Shown here in pieces: positions 51,605-64,000 of a stretch of 64,000 nucleotides of DNA. The stretch's first letter is position 1. Every line of letters starts with the position of its first letter. The notes beneath the pieces were generated by a model that was not told the DNA's origin, ran no database searches, and saw nothing but the letters and a program-made list of their open reading frames with translations. Position numbers and translations under genes: made by a program. Source of the DNA: Paraspadella gotoi (taxonomy: Eukaryota > Animalia > Chaetognatha); NCBI GenBank assembly GCA_051294375.1, contig CM119269.1, forward strand, positions 10,460,883-10,524,882, written 5' to 3'.

Positions 51605-52795
51605 AGAAGAGAAGAGGAGAGAGAGGAAGGAAGCGAGAAGAGAGAGAGAGAGAAAGAGAAGAGAGAAAAGAGAGAGAGCGAGCCGTAATGAAGAAAGGAA
51701 TGAAGAAAATAAAAAAAGAGGAAAGAAGGAACAAAGGAAAGGCATTAATGGTTAGGAAGAGACCAACCGGTCTCATACCATGGTCTCATAAAGGGAGGAC
51801 CCAACTCGGTTGCCGACCGAGTCCACGAATTGGGGGGGGTTAAAGAAAAGGGGGATGAGAGGTTTGATTGTTACAAAAGGGGAAGTAGGAATGGAAAAAA
51901 ATTGGGGTGGTATAAATCATTTTGAAACTTTAATTTTTTTAATATTTATTTTAATATTTTTTTTCCTTTTTTTTTTAAACAATGATTTTTCTCTCTAATT
52001 TTCTTCCCATTCTAAATTTTTTGATTTTTTGAAAGAGTATACATAATTTTTTTTTTTTTTTAACATTCATTGCCATCCAAAAACAAAAATCATTGATAAA
52101 CACGCAAATCCATACATTTCTAAATAATAAAATTCCCTTCAAAACTGAAACGCTTTTTCGCGACGACGCGAAAAGCAGATTACATTACGAACCCGAAATG
52201 AATTCCGAATTATAAACCCGCGAGAACCCGCTATGCGGGCCGCCAAAATCTCCCCAACCCGCTCCCTTCCTTTTTGTGCGACTGAAAGGCGAGGAGATGA
52301 AACATCAGACTCAATGAATAATAATATAATAATAACTCTTCGAAAGAGAAGAAGTTAGAATCATTCCGCAAGAGCGGTTTGGTCCGTCTTGGAAAAGATT
52401 TATACTGCGATTAGGCTTTAAAAAGCCTGTTGTTAAGCAGAGGCTTTGTGAACGCGTCAGGAAAGGTAAAAACAAATCAACCTGCAATTTTTTTCTCCCC
52501 CAATAAATAACAACATTAAATGTATTTACGGGCGTCGTCTCATTTTAATTCTATCTTCGAAATTCCCTACACTAGAATAAACAAGATCGATTTTTTTTCT
52601 CAAGAAGTAGAATCAACACGGAAAGTCGAGTACAAAATTTATCGTCCAGCCCTCGACGAAATCCGCTTTTAGTTTGGCACCCCAGAAAAATAAACAAAAC
52701 AAATAAAACAAACAAAACGAACGGCAATCGTAACGAACCAATAAAAAAACGAAACCGAACCTCCATCTCGGCGAAAAATTGGCGGTGAGATAGCT

Positions 52796-52864
<69 letters not shown>

Positions 52865-54187
52865 AGAAGAAAAGAAGAGAAAGAAGGATTGGTTTATCCT
52901 TCCTTCTCATTTGACTCGCCAAATACTCGCCATAAAGTCTCAATCAACGCCGTGCCCAAATTCTGCTTATCTCCATGTATTCCGTCCGCCTTCATCCTCT
53001 TCCGCTCTCTTTCGCCCTCTCCTCTTCACATCCGCCCTTCTGTGATAACACTTTTTTCATTTCACTCCGCCTCTCAACGCTCTCTTAGTCAGCTCCCGAT
53101 CATGCCATACCCATGCATCACTCACTACTTGCCCCTCATCCGCCCTGGAGCGGATGACTCACGGTTTCCTTCCGAGTGGAAATGAACGCCGGCCGAAGTC
53201 GTGCAGAGTGTCACTAGATGAACGTTCCAATCACTCCTGAGCAAAACTTCAACATCCCGCTAGTAATACGGTAAAGACTAAACTCATCTTCTGAGATTCT
53301 ATCTTTCTATTTTTATATTCTATTTTTATATGTTTTTATTATTAAACCCTCTAAAAATCTTATGCCCATTTTTTTTCCTCCCTGGATAAATTAATCGTCG
53401 CCAAACGGAATTAACCTCTTTTTTTCGGACCCGAAATCATCCTTGATCTATCCGTTGACCTCCTCTATGATCTTCGCGAAATCGCTTGACCCTTCCCAAT
53501 AACCTTTTACCACAATGACCCGGACTCCTTCTGTCGAAATGACTCACCCAATGACGAACCCCTCAGCTCTCGCGACCGATATCGACTCCTCCATCCCCCT
53601 CCCGTCCGGCCCCTCTCGTCGGGGGAAGGTCCGCGGTGACCGGTGCATTTCCGATTTCATTCCCGCAAATTAAAGATAAATGGGATGGAGTATTAAACGT
53701 CGGCGATGAAACGCGAGACAGGAAGGGATGTCAAATAACTGTGCATCCACAAAGGAGTCAGAGAGCGAAGAAGAGAGTCATCGACTCACTGCATCACAAT
53801 CCGCCGGCTGGGGGATTGAAACGCTTGACGAGTGTTACCTGGCCCGGGGGAAGGCGGGGGAAAGAAGGAAGTGGCTCGAGCTGAAAAGGAGTGAAGATAA
53901 TTTCGCCAGAGAGAATGAGCTCGAAGGTCAGAGCTAATCGGCATCCAAAAAAGAGAGAGAGAGAAGAGAGAGAGAGAGAGAAGAGAGAGGAGAGGAAGAG
54001 AGCATGAGAGAGAGACGAGAGGAGTTGATCATGAAAAATACAACAGCGCAGCTTAGGCCAAGATAGTGCAATCTTTCCTACCTTAAAATGTTACTTATTT
54101 ACCTACCCTTAACAACTACTTATCCAAGGATATATTTTGAATTATTTAAAACAGGTCGTTAAACTGAGATCAGATTATGCAAAGAGA

Positions 54188-54221
<34 letters not shown>

Positions 54222-54240
54222 AGAGGGAAGAGAGAGACGA

Positions 54241-54271
<31 letters not shown>

Positions 54272-55420
54272 AGACGAAAACGTAGTCCCGAATGAATCAG
54301 ACTTCTCGCTAGAGTCAACTTCCGGGATAATAAAGTGATGACAATTAAGGAAAGGCAAGAAATAATTGAAAAGTCAATACATTTCAAATCTTGTGCATTT
54401 CACATTGAGATTTCGGTCCTTCGTGTATCACTGATAATAGTGCTTTACCTGTATTAAATTTCGCTACAGCGTCCATTAGCTTACAAGCTTCGCAGCTATT
54501 CGTAGCTTACCTGCACGTACTATCTCACTCAGCTAATTATCACATGTAATCTAAGTCAAATCTTAGTCAATTGCCCCACGGAAATTCGAAGTCTCACTCT
54601 CCCTACATTGAATGAACGTCTTCCCTAATTTTGTCCAGGGATTCGGTTCGAGATAATAAATCTGCTGAACTCCGGGCCATTTTGGTAAAAACAGACGAAG
54701 ATATTTGAGTTAAAGAAAATTTGCTCGAATACACCTGTTTTGATTTAACTTTTTTTTTGTTGCTATCGGATGTTCGGCAAATGTTGTATTATAAAATCGG
54801 TTTCTTAAACAGTAACGATTTATTTGTTTTCAAATTCAGGATCCGTTCGTGTCAGGCCTAAAGTCCAAAAAATCCACGTCGGTTTGTTTAACCCATTAAC
54901 GCGCAGTGCCAATGACAATTCGGACGATTTGTTATTGTCGAAACCTAAAAGTGACTCGCTAATCGTCTATGTCAGTCTAATGAACAGCCCCGGTCGATTC
55001 GTCGAGTTCCTTCTAACGGCTGACGAATTCTCTTGGCCGAGGATATGGACCCGGACACTGGAATCTCGGCTAAAAACCTTCGACGAAGTTTCGAAAATCC
55101 TTTTTTTAACTGTAGAACCGCGATTGAGAAACTAGACGATTGAGTTCGACGACATCGACGACGCGACCGACGACCAAAGAGAAGATGACCACGAACCGGT
55201 TATCACGACTGACATTGTTGTTGATGTTGTTGATAGTTGTTGTGTTGAGGTTTTTGATGAAAATGATGATGTGTGGAGAAAATAAGAAAAAAACGACGGA
55301 TTTTCCATCACCTTTTCTGATTTCATTCTTTTCAGTTTTAATTCTTAACAACGAAAAATATAGAAAAGTATTTATATAACTCGAACGCTAATGAGAGAGA
55401 GCAGAAGAGAGAGAGGAGAA

Positions 55421-55471
<51 letters not shown>

Positions 55472-56478
55472 AGAGAAGAGAAGTTATTCTTTTTTTTGTC
55501 GATCACGCGACAGAACTGCGTCTCTTTTTTTTCGTTCGTTCTGATAAAATTCGGATAGAGTGACTTTATTTCTAATCAGAGAGAAAGAGAGTGAAACAGA
55601 ATAAGACTGGCATGTAGAATGTTAATAAACACAAGCCCAACCAGGTGAATAACGATTACGTAAAAAATTATCACCAACTACAAATGCTCGGGTTGTGTCG
55701 ATCGAGCTTTTATGTTTAGTCTGAATATTAAAAAATATAAAAATCAAATCCCAAAGGGACTATCTCATCCTACCATTAGATTCCACCTTGGTTAATTCCC
55801 CCCCAGGCGATTGCAAGAATCCTATAAACCAATCTCAGGGTTTTGTAAACACTTCGTTTAGTTATACATATCTTAGATAATACTAAATTAAATTCGTTAT
55901 CAGATAGTTGATTAGATTATCGTTGATTCCATCACAATATCAAACCTATGTTGAGAATCAAGGCCATTGACTCTGAACCCTGAAGAGACAATAAACAAAA
56001 AGGGAGAAAAAACAAAACAAAAAACAAGATCCCGCGATACCAACACCCTGCCCAGGAACAAAACAAAAAACAAGAAAAAGATACGGACCAAAGTTTTTTT
56101 AACCCAAAGACTTCCACAAAGGAAAACAAGATTTTCCTCGACGGAAATATAAAGCCCGAAGATACACGAGATAAGAAAAAAGTTAAAAAGTTAAAATGAC
56201 AAAAGTTTTCTATATTGTCGCACCAACCTTTTAGAGTAGTTTCGCACACAACGAACGTGAAAAATTTGCAAAATTTTTCTCCAATTGGTCCAAAGTTAAA
56301 AAAAAAACGCCTTTTTTAAAAATGAAAATAATTGTCTTCTTATTTTCTTTTGTTGCGTGACTTTGGAGCGTGAGAGGGTCAAGTCGAGCGTGTTGCATAT
56401 TCTTTATTTGTTGTTTCTACTTTGTTGTGTATGTAAATAAAAACGGAGTGATGAGGAGGAGAGAGAGAGAGAGAGAAG

Positions 56479-56518
<40 letters not shown>

Positions 56519-59152
56519 CGAGAGAGAGACAAGTCTTCCTCCGCTTCTTTATTGTCTACTTAAACTCGTTCTAACGAAAACAACGCCGGGCAGCAGTCTA
56601 GGCAGCGAAGCCGAACAAAGGAGTCGTTCGGAGGAGACGACGAAGGTCGGGCGAAGGATTCGGGCAAAGGATCTCAACTTCAACCTTCTCGTCCTTTCTC
56701 CATCCTTTGCCTTCGTAAGGATCCCAAGATTGATTTTCCCTTTTTTTTTCTTTTGTGTTTTTTGTCTTTTCCCTTCCACTAAAAGACTCCACGACTATCT
56801 CGCGATCCCCCAATAACACTCATTCTTTCAATTTTATTTTTTCTTTTCCCCCTCCTCTTCTTCTTACTCCATCCTTCAAATCCATTTTCTATCCTACTGC
56901 CGCCCCTACGACAAAGAAAAAAATGCCTTTCAGATTTAATCAGTTTCACTATTGCTATATTTTCAAGAATCAAACTTAGTATACAAGAGGTAAGTAAAAG
57001 AATTCTTTTATAGAAAAAAGATTTTATATTTTAGTTATTTTATTAAACATAAACTTCTTTGACGGACGGACCGACCGAAAAATGTAATTAGTGAGTCCGC
57101 AGAAAGACGCCGGCAAAAAAACTGTTCTCGGTTTGCTGCGAAACCGAAGCCTTAATCAAAAGGATTGTTCTAATGGACGTCCCTCGAAGGTCCTGATTGC
57201 CAACCTTTTCAACTCCAGCCTATAGCTAAGACTGTGTGCGGGCGGAGGGGGAACACCACCACCCCCGTGGGTTTAGAGATAGGGACGCAGGGGGGAGGAA
57301 AGCGGGAAAATTCGTCACGGTAAGTACCGGTAGGGCCCCCCCCCCGTCTCTCTCGTCTCTCTCATCTCTCTCTCTCATCTCTCTCCTCTCTCTCTCTCTC
57401 CGTCTCTCCTTCTCTCTCTCTCTCTTCTTCCTTTTTTTTCTACTCTGCGTCACTAAAACCGTAAACCGCCTAATGTTTAGCCGTTCGGCTTAGAACAGTT
57501 TATAAGCAAAATGAGGGACGATCGGAAAAAAAGTAAATCTTGACTTCACAAGAAAGTTTATATATTATATAGGTACATATATATATTATATAATTCATTT
57601 TAATAAGTTTATATCTGTAATGAAAAAAGGCGATAAATATTCGAAGATCTTTTTTAGCAGAAAAGATTTTTTTCAAGTGATTACATTCGGTATTCAAGGA
57701 AACCGATACCGCTGGCGACTTCGCCGCTGCCGCGCCGCCGCCGCCGCCGGATGCTGCCGCCGCCTTTTCTCTCAGGAGGCGCCGTAATTACCGTCTAAGA
57801 CACCCAAGCACGAGAGCCCAAGAACCAAGCTACGTTTCGCGCCGACAAACACCGATTATGAAGACAGCGACGACGACGAGTATGATGACGATGATGATGA
57901 GAACCGGGATCTATAAAATATCATATTGAGTTTATTGACGATGTATAAATCTAATGATGCTAGTTGATAAACATTACATTATCTTTAAAATATCATCACA
58001 TGATAATAAAATGATATTCTATTTTCCAACATTTATCTACAATAAATTAATTTAAAAAACGGTTCGATAATTTATGCTTCAACAGAAATTTCTGAAATGA
58101 ACTTTAATGACACTCACTTAACTGAAATCAACTCGCTCTCAGTCAAACTCTCGCTCACATCTCTCGAAATGGTACTGCCTCACCTTCACAGTCAGACTTA
58201 CCCTCGACTGATTCTCCCAAAATATAAACAAAGGGCGACCAAAGTCATTCGCTCCGCTGAATCGAATTCCCGATCCGCGCCGCCTAACGGCGAAGAACTC
58301 AAATGAGAACTCCATTAAACGAGGAGAAAAAATGGAGGAAAAGAGGATGACGTCGACAATGACGATGAAAACGAAAATGAGGATGAACAACGACGATAAA
58401 AATTAGGGATGTGGTGTCGTCACTGTCTAGTACGGACTATGATAATATTCGTACATCCAAAAACAGCCTTAGAATTCAAACCTTGCTTCGAAATGTGGTA
58501 TATGGTATAATGGTAAGCAAGTCCACAGGGATTGATTTTCATCCACCGACGCACCAACTAAAATTTCAATCAAAAAATTATGACAAAATATTTTTCTTTT
58601 CTCTTCTATTTTCCTAATCATTTAAGGCAATTTGTTTATCGTGCGGCGAAATATGAGGGCAACGAGATTTAACGAAAAATCGGGCACAAGAGTTATTTAC
58701 AATAACGCACAAGCCCAGTGAATGATGTGCACGATGCTGAATTTTATGAATTTACTGTCAACTAATTACTATGAAAAATAAAAAGAATTAAATGCGCATT
58801 AGAAAAATTTCCGATGAGATTGGTTATTTTGCTGTGAAAATTCATGAGCCAAAGGTTGTTTATCACATTTTTTTTTACGTTTATTACATCAACGAAAGGA
58901 AAAATAAAAACGAGTTCGGTTGAAGACGATGACGATGACGATGACGATGAGAAAACAACGAACGACACACGACGACGACGACCACGACGACGTAAACGAC
59001 AGGACGAAACGGACCATAACCTTTGCTTCCTAATGGCGTGGAATAATCTATATAAAAAAAGTTTTCTTACCTCCCTCCCTTCTTTACTCCCTCCCTCTCT
59101 TCTTTCTCTCTCTCTCTCTCTTCATCTCTCTCTCTCGTCCTCTCTCCTTCTC

Positions 59153-59215
<63 letters not shown>

Positions 59216-60067
59216 GTAAATTATCTTTTTTTTCCACATTTTCGCGAGCATTGAAACCACGTGACGCGTGTCGCGTCCTCGATTTAAGTTTAAATTCTAC
59301 TATGAAACACATTTCAAGTTACATAACGGATTTCGCCTTTAAAAAAACGAAAATAACTTTCTTATATTTACAATGAGTTACATCCGGAACCAGAATTCTT
59401 CCCCCCTTAAATCCTTGTCGAGGATGTCGAATCTAGTTTTGTTCCATTCCGAGGATGAAAGGCGAACGTGCTCGACGTTATCGTCTCGGTTGTCGTCGTC
59501 GACCTCGTCGTCGTCTCCGTCTTTCTCGTTTCACATCACGTCCTCATTCCGGAAAATAATCGCCGATTTCGTTTTCCGGCGCCGAGAGTTTTTATGGAAG
59601 CCGTCAAAAGACACAAAAGCTCCCTCCCTGTCTCTGTCGTTTCCAGATGAACTACAACAACAACTACGACAACGACAACGACAACGACAAGGGAGGGGGA
59701 CTAACTTGGCCTTCGACAAATGAAAACGATGATGTGGCGAATAATTAATTGCACGAACCTCGATTTGAAAATAAAAAAGCGACATCACCACAATTATTTT
59801 AATGACTAGGACAACAACAACAACAAAAACGCAACACCGACCCAACTGGCTCCGCATCAACGGTGAGGTAATAAAAGGCCAACAAGGAACGTTGACGATG
59901 TACCTGAGCAAGCAAAAACAAAAGAAACTGCCAGAACCATTAGAAACATTAACGAGAACAACTGCATTGTTGCTTGTAGAAGAAAACGTTAAATCTTGTG
60001 TGAATTTTAACGATCATTAAAAGGGAAAAATGATATGAGGGGTAGAAGAAAGGAAAAGAGAGAGAGA

Positions 60068-60098
<31 letters not shown>

Positions 60099-60104
60099 GG
60101 GAAG

Positions 60105-60180
<76 letters not shown>

Positions 60181-60881
60181 TGACAAAGAAGAGAGAGAAT
60201 CTTCCAGAAGCAAATCAAAATTTTCAAATTCTTTCGTCTTCTTTCAAGTTCGGCTTGGATCATATTAGTTCCCGTTCACATCCTCGTCCAATTCCCTCTT
60301 TCGATATCATCGTCGCCGTCGTCGTCATCGTCGTCGTCACCGGCGTCGCCCCTCCGTTAGGGCGTCGCCTCGACATCGCTTTTATTCTTTTTTTAGTCTC
60401 CTGCAAATCAAATTAATGGCGGTAAAACTCGAAAGCAGAAAAGATGAAGAGTTTTTTAAAAAAAACGGAAATGGGGAGGAAAAGAAAAGAAAGAAAGAAG
60501 AAAGAGGGTGAAAAGAGAGGAAAGGTCGGAGAGGAACATCGAGAAGGGAGATCTAATTCGGGTGCAGAGGAAATAAAATTTGATCGCTGTTTAAAAAGGC
60601 GGGGGCCGTTTTGAGATGGAAAGTTTAAGAATGAATTTCATCGGGAGGAAGGAAAGGAAAGAAAAAGAAAAGAAAAAGAAGTGAGTATGAGGTAACTCGA
60701 AAAAACCCTTGAGAATTATATAAACTTGTTTTCATTAATTTCTCATTAAATGGATCTTCAATAATCTATTTATTTTTCTTTTCATGTGACAAAGTAATTG
60801 ACATTTAAGAAGAATTATATTACCGGCTTATCGCTTCTCTCTCTGTCTATATCTGTCTCTCTGTCTCTCTTTCCCTCTCTC

Positions 60882-60909
<28 letters not shown>

Positions 60910-60937
<28 letters not shown>

Positions 60938-61481
60938 TCCTTTTTAGAAAATCCTTCTTCGGCTTAGAGTTAAAAACTTCTCTTCGACGCGTTTTTTTTA
61001 TCCCATCTTCACCAAAGCCTCAAACTTTTTTCACTTATCTTTTCTCCCTCACCGCCCTAACCCTATTCGCCTTCTTCTAACCGTCTTCAGATCGACTGAC
61101 CCTACCCTCGCTTATCCCCACCTCTCTCACCCCCGCCACACCCCATCTCTACCCCCCCCCGCCCTCCATCGCAACCGCAAGCTGTTTTTTTTTCCCCCGC
61201 CAGGCGCCGCTTCGTCGCTCGCGTATGCAAAGCCAACTTTTTTACGTCCGTCATAAATCCTAAAAGTCACAACCCAATAGCATCGAGAGCCACTTTCCTT
61301 CGCCCGGCTACCGGCCGGCCTGCGGCTGGGCGGCGGCGCGGCGCGCCACGTGAAGAATCGACGGCGGCGGGCGGCGGTGGCGGACCGGAAGTAGCGGCGT
61401 TTTCTTTCCGGTGTCGACCACTTCGTCCGTCTCGAAACCACGTGGAATTTTTTTTTTTCTCGCTTTTTATGCGCGCGCGTC

Positions 61482-61566
<85 letters not shown>

Positions 61567-61806
61567 AGAGATTTGGATTCGGGGGATTCCGCCGTTCGGA
61601 ATTCTTTATCTCTTCTCTATTTTTTTATTCCCCTTTTCTTTTCTGTTCTTTATTTCTTTTCTTTTTTTTGTCTAAAACCGTGGAGGGAAAAACAAAAACC
61701 TCGTATTTTTTAATAATATTTTTTTCTGTTTTTTCTTCCGTCTGTTTTTTCCGAAAACCTTCCGCCACCCTCATTTTGTTTTCAATATTTTTAAAATATT
61801 CCGTTC
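60910..61806 (-). repeat. Right copy of the ~0.9-kb inverted repeat
   Basis: Reverse complement of 49161-50060. Similarity stops inside a CT/GA tract at the inner end and abruptly at ccgttc at the outer end. Confidence 0.93.
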
Positions 61807-61879
61807 TGTATGCTGTGTTGGGCCGCGCGGTTTCCCCTTCGCGTTTTGGATCGCAAAATGCAAGCTTCTTCCTGCGTCC

Positions 61880-62325
61880 TGGATTGGCGGGCCTGGAACC
61901 AATCACCGTGAAGGAGTATTGAAGTGGAATTCTTACCTTTTTAACCCGGTTTCCGCGCGCAAGCCATTGTAGAAACGCGTTGGTCGTCGTATTATTGTTG
62001 TTATTTGATCTTGTTAAAACGGACGGCCAACCGTTTTCAACCAGTAGAGGTTATTTTTACTTGCGATGCACGAATTTTAACTATTGTTTTTAAATTGTTT
62101 TTTAATATGTTATCTGTTTTAACTAGTTTTTACAATTGTTTTTTAAATCGGTTTTTAATACGTTTATTTCGCTTGCCTTTTAATTGATACAATACATGTT
62201 ATTTAACCTCACTACTTCGAATTCCTGGCGCGAAGCAAATTTAGTTTATTCAGTACAAGATAACATTGAAAACGGAGCTTGAAACGACGTTCGCGTCTTC
62301 GCCGAGGTGAGAGGTGAAAAAGGTG
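61880..62325 (+). promoter_or_regulatory. Candidate promoter / non-coding first exon
   Basis: ATTGG 61883 and CCAATCA 61899 (NF-Y-type), E2F-like TTGGCGGG 61884 and TGGCGCGAA 62226, and donor-like GAG|GTGAGA (GT 62307) and AAG|GTGAGA (GT 62323) upstream of the acceptor at 62664-62665. Confidence 0.3.
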
Positions 62326-62376
62326 AGAATTTTGAAATTCGATTGAAAATTTTTACTTTGATTCCCGGCCTTTTAT

Positions 62377-64000
62377 GACGCGAATTTATTCGCAAAAACG
62401 CGACGCTGGTATAAAAACTAATATTTCTCTCCTTTCTCTCTCGGCGAAAATTACGACGCGCGGAGATTCGCGATACTGGAGATAAAAGATCCGGTTCTAT
62501 ACGACGCTGATGGTGGAGAAGATCGTCGAGTATCTCCGTCTCTCACACTTCAGATACCGGATTATGCGGCTTGAGCGTCTCGTTTTTTATAACGGACGCT
62601 CGCCATTACATGAATTTGACTTATTCCCATTTAATCCTTTTCCTTTTCGGTTTTCCCCTTTGTAGATTCGCCATGGCTTTACTCAGTTCAGGCCTTCGCC
62701 GGTCACAGCGCAATGCTCAGCCCGATGAGGAGGCTTAGAGCAGCGCACCTGGAGTGGTTGCAGAGATGAAGCATGTTTGCAGAAGGAGAAGCCCGGATAC
62801 AACCCTCGGATGCGGGTCAATGCTGCTTTATGGCATTGGAAAGGTTGACAAGTGTGACGACCATGGGATACCAAAGAAGCTAAGGCTAATAGAGATGAAG
62901 TAAGTCAAGCACGAGCTACTCTTCTTGCTCTTGGGATAGGCTTGGCACAACAAAAAGGGTTTCCAAGAGCCCTAGTTATGGTCCTCCTTCCAGAACTTTT
63001 TCTCTGAGACAAGCTGTGGGGTGTTGAGTGTCCTTCCACTCAGGCCTGATGTGAGGCCTAAGGTGATTGTCACCAGTCCTTTAAGGACCCTAAAGAGGCT
63101 TCTCAGTCTGAGAGGAGAAAGCTCTTGCATTGAGAATCCTTCGGGAGGCAGAACTGAAAGCGAGCCTTGTTAGAGCGGGCCCCACCCCCTCGGCCTTCAG
63201 TTCTGCTCCCGAAGTCAAAAGATTCTCAGATGCAAGAGCTTCTCCTGCAGACTGAGAGCCTCTTTAGGGTCCTTACAGACTGGTGACAATTCCCTATGAC
63301 TCACATCAGCCTGAGTGGAAAGGAACACTCACACCCCACCAGCTTGTCCTGCAGAGAAAAAGGTTCTGGAAGGAGGACGCATAACTTAGGGCTCCTTGGA
63401 AACCCTTCTTTGTTGTGCCAAGCTATCCCAAGCAAGAAGAGTAGGCTCGTAGGCTTGAACTTTACTTCATCTCTTATTAGCCTTAGCTCTTTTGGTTATC
63501 CCCATGTCGTCACACTTGTCCTTCCAATGCCATAAGAGCAAGCATTGACCCGCATTCCGAGGGTTTGTAAATCCGGGCTTCTCCTTTCTGCAACATGCTT
63601 CATCTCTGCAACCAACTCCAGGTGCGGCTGACTCTAAGCTCCTCATCGGGCGAGCATTGCGCTGTTGACCGGCGAAGGCCTGAACTGAGTAAGCATGGCG
63701 AATCTACAAAGGGGAAAACGAAAAAAGGGAAAGGATTAAATGGAATAAGTCAAATTCATGTAATAGGGCGAGCGTCGTTATAAAAAACGAGACGCTCAGC
63801 CGTCAATAATCGGTATCTGAAGGTGTGAGAGACGGAGATACTCGACACCGATGCTTCTCCCACCATCAGCGTCGTATAGACCGGATCTTTTATCCTCCGT
63901 TATCGCGAATCTCCGCGCGTCGTAATTTTTCGCCGAGAGAGAAAGGAGAGAAATATTAGTTTTTTCACCAGCGTCGCGTTTTGGCGAATAAATTCGCGTC
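62377..64000. repeat. Fold-back palindrome: arms 62377-63164 and 63189-64000 (runs off the window), 24-nt spacer
   Basis: gggaggcagaactgaaagcgag faces ctcggccttcagttctgctccc at the centre, and gacgcgaatt (62377) is the reverse complement of the last 10 bases. The arms differ by frequent 1-2 nt indels. Confidence 0.95.
62673..63164 (+). CDS. Probable first coding exon of an unidentified protein, frameshifted by read errors and truncated at the fold-back; mirror copy 63189-63696 (-)
   Basis: A polypyrimidine tract and TGTAG acceptor (62641-62665) precede GCCATGG, and composition shifts abruptly to balanced, repeat-free sequence. As written the frame reads MALLSSGLRRSQRNAQPDEEA*. Choosing indels between the two arms gives a long plausible frame (..PDEELRAAHLELVAEMKHVAEGEARI..LGMRVNAALMALEDKCDDMGIPKELRLIRDEVSQARATLLAWD..). 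The reconstruction is inferred. Confidence 0.45.

Noticed and set aside
52151-52178. Small hairpin GCTTTTTCGCG-ACGA-CGCGAAAAGC as a terminator
   Set aside because: Eukaryotic context, no upstream gene, no U-tract, and short enough to occur by chance.
57791-57916. Peptide PSKTPKHESPRTKLRFAPTNTDYEDSDDDEYDDDDDENRDL* after an acceptor-like ctctcag
   Set aside because: An in-frame TAA at 57785 lies between the acceptor and the peptide, and acidic tails arise readily from the (GAC/GAT)n repeats common here.
59802-60020. ORF segment WLRINGEVIKGQQGTLTMYL
   Set aside because: Short, starts in a (CAA)n tract, has no recognisable family and no consistent splice signals on that strand.
49161-61806. Autonomous TIR transposon or Polinton bounded by the 0.9-kb inverted repeats
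   Set aside because: No TSD, no diagnostic termini, and no transposase, integrase or polymerase ORF inside. The repeats are themselves microsatellite-laden host-like DNA.
243-61922. Numerous ORFs rich in SL, ER, F, D, V or T, or containing X
   Set aside because: They are translations of (GA)n, (CT)n, (CTTT)n and (GAC)n tracts or read through N gaps, and show no domain-like sequence.
583-63303. About ten TGACTCA/TGAGTCA (AP-1) sites
   Set aside because: Several are in duplicated blocks, and the rest are close to chance expectation for a 7-mer in this much sequence.

Overview
Eukaryotic, probably invertebrate, mostly non-coding DNA: AT-rich, CpG-rich, and saturated with (GA)n/(CT)n, (GAC)n, (CTTT)n and compound mini/microsatellites. 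I could not recognise any named gene, rRNA, tRNA, CRISPR array or transposase/RT ORF, and almost all ORF-track entries are translations of simple repeats or run through N gaps. The main large-scale signal is redundancy that looks like assembly artefact. There are seven 25-N placeholder gaps, an ~8.7 kb tandem duplication (22965-31627 / 31663-42402), a ~5 kb inverted duplication (10785-16066 / 17100-22120) whose inner 424 bp are exact reverse complements, a ~0.9 kb inverted pair (49161-50060 / 60910-61806) and a fold-back centred near 63177. Copies differ mainly by 1-2 nt indels, as in uncorrected long reads. The best biological leads are a probable gene start at 61880-63164 (unidentified protein, reconstructed by comparing the fold-back arms), a MITE-like insertion at 44087-44460, a 33-bp-arm hairpin at 51201-51307, a 79-bp tandem pair with stem-loops at 8725-8885, and several motif-dense GC-rich islands that may be cis-regulatory. 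I found no convincing evidence for a new multi-component biological system.
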